NCBI GenBank assembly: GCA_024762655.1
Contig: JANTHB010000005.1
Location: 403 to 64,402 of the forward strand
DNA: 64,000 nt
From: Bacteroidales bacterium
Lineage (GTDB): Bacteria > Bacteroidota > Bacteroidia > Bacteroidales > VadinHA17
Direction of reading: 5' to 3'
Position numbers and translations under genes: made by a program. Positions 62,962 through 64,000 of the stretch are shown piece after piece (position 1 is the first letter of the stretch; each line of letters begins with the position of its first letter). The notes below the pieces were generated by a model that saw only the letters and a list, made by a program, of their open reading frames with translations, was not told the origin of the DNA and searched no databases.

Positions 62962-62969
62962 TATTTTTG
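62962..62969 (+). promoter_or_regulatory. -7 promoter box TATTTTTG upstream of abiEi
   Basis: Exact TAnnTTTG match, 5 nt before the listed ATG at 62975 and 33 nt before the ATG at 63002. This favours 63002 as the start. Confidence 0.45.
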
Positions 62970-62974
62970 GTAGT

Positions 62975-63739
62975 ATGACTACTAATTCAAATAAAAAATT
63001 AATGAAACTGCTGACCAATCATGTGCCGGGAACAGTACTTCTAGCATCATGGCTGGAAAAGAATGGTATCTCACGGGATTTGCAGCAATATTACCTGAAA
63101 AGCGGCTGGCTTGAATCATACGGATTCGGAGCATTCAAACGTCCAAATGAAAATATTCAATGGACAGGAGCTTTGAACTCGTTACAAAGACAAACCGATT
63201 TGCCCGTACATGCAGGTGGGTTGACATCTATATCCCTTCAGGGATTATCCCATTACGTCCGAATGGAGAGGGAGCCTCTGTTTTTGTTCTCACCCCATTA
63301 TGTAAAACTACCTAAATGGTTTATTAACCAGGAATGGAGCGACCAAATAGTGCATGTGAGAACTAGGTTTTTGCCTGCAAAATCCGCTTTATTTGATTAT
63401 TCCCGGGATGGTATAAAAGTTCAATTGTCATCTCCTGAACGTGCAATACTCGAATGTTTGTATCTGACTCCCAATAGATTTGATATGGTGGAATGTTATC
63501 AGATATTTGAAGGTCTTGTGAATCTTCGTCCCAAAGTTCTGCAGGAATTACTTGAGAGCTGTAACTCCATAAAAGTAAAACGTCTGTTTCTGTTTATGGC
63601 ATCAAAAGCTGAGCATCGATGGTTGCACTTTCTTGACCAATCCAGAATAGAATTGGGATCCGGTGACAGGGCTATTGTAAAAGGAGGGGTTTATATATCA
63701 AAGTACAGAATATCGGTACCGAAGGAATTAACTACATGA
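62975..63739 (+). CDS. abiEi: AbiEi-family type IV toxin-antitoxin / abortive infection antitoxin (transcriptional regulator)
   Basis: The N-terminal wHTH-like segment (LLASWLEKNGISRDLQQYYLKSGWLESYGFGAFKR) and ~250-aa length match AbiEi_3-type proteins. It overlaps the downstream AbiEii gene by 4 nt (ATGA). The start may be 63002. Confidence 0.7.
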   Translation: MTTNSNKKLMKLLTNHVPGTVLLASWLEKNGISRDLQQYYLKSGWLESYGFGAFKRPNENIQWTGALNSLQRQTDLPVHAGGLTSISLQGLSHYVRMEREPLFLFSPHYVKLPKWFINQEWSDQIVHVRTRFLPAKSALFDYSRDGIKVQLSSPERAILECLYLTPNRFDMVECYQIFEGLVNLRPKVLQELLESCNSIKVKRLFLFMASKAEHRWLHFLDQSRIELGSGDRAIVKGGVYISKYRISVPKELTT

Positions 63740-64000
63740 TGATCAATCAGACATATATAAATCAGGCCGACCTCTTGCTGCAGGTAATACCCCATATAGC
63801 AACTGAGAAGACCCTGGCATTGAAGGGTGGGACAGCTATAAATCTTTTCTTACGGAATATGCCCCGGTTGTCAGTGGATATTGACCTTACATACCTGCTG
63901 TTTGATAACAGGGAAAAAGCACTGGCCAATATTTCTGATTCAATTGGAAGGATAAAGGAACAGATAATAAAATTTGTTCCAGGAACTAAGGTTAACAGCC
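63736..64000 (+). CDS. abiEii: AbiEii/AbiGii-family nucleotidyltransferase toxin (3' end runs off the window)
   Basis: My own translation is MMINQTYINQADLLLQVIPHIATEKTLALKGGTAINLFLRNMPRLSVDIDLTYL... The LKGGTA...RLS.DIDL motif is the DUF1814/AbiEii signature. Confidence 0.75.
   Translation, partial: MMINQTYINQADLLLQVIPHIATEKTLALKGGTAINLFLRNMPRLSVDIDLTYLLFDNREKALANISDSIGRIKEQIIKFVPGTKVNS

Overview
This window is a chromosomal segment of a Bacteroidota genome, mostly housekeeping genes. The phylum call rests on TAnnTTTG -7 promoter boxes in front of many genes, a T9SS C-terminal sorting domain, an S46 dipeptidyl-peptidase, GH97/GH57 enzymes and generally absent Shine-Dalgarno spacing.

Gene content, in order:
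- A 5'-truncated tail-fibre-like repeat protein plus a small T9SS cargo.
- rnhA, MarC, an S46 peptidase and rnhB.
- A GT4 / flippase / VanZ envelope group.
- A large alpha-glucan (glycogen) cluster: debranching enzyme, GT4, GH57, a 1407-aa GT3-GT35 synthase-phosphorylase fusion, and a convergent GH13 branching enzyme.
- ribF and ahcY, then three small hypothetical proteins.
- greA, HIT, ruvC, an S41 peptidase, EamA and serS.
- rpmA and rplU; L21 carries a 117-aa Lys/Ala tail.
- A 0.9-kb gene-free gap.
- A bifunctional nuclease, NupC, a saccharopine-dehydrogenase-like protein, GH97, an alpha/beta hydrolase, thyA and folA.
- A complete trpEGDCFBA operon with a WWW leader peptide and attenuator.
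- clpX, clpP, tig and tRNA-Leu(UAG).
- lptB, tatC, recQ and an ABC-2 exporter pair.
- An AbiEi/AbiEii abortive-infection pair, cut off at the right edge.

I found no obviously new multi-gene protein system. The most unusual signals are non-coding:
1. A 268-bp MITE-like element occurs twice in inverted orientation (39813-40080 and 55761-56028). It has 13-bp terminal inverted repeats, and copy B has a perfect 8-bp target-site duplication. A 70-nt core is identical between the copies and is built from eight helically phased CTTNGCG heptamers arranged as a palindrome.
2. A second, unrelated phased-heptamer palindrome lies at 43146-43200.
3. A complex of 7-bp and exactly 11-bp tandem repeats sits between the convergent glycogen genes.
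4. greA has a structured ~265-nt leader.
5. A 0.9-kb gene-free region contains an orphan promoter box and GC-rich nested hairpins.

All calls come from reading the sequence and recalling protein families. No database search was run.
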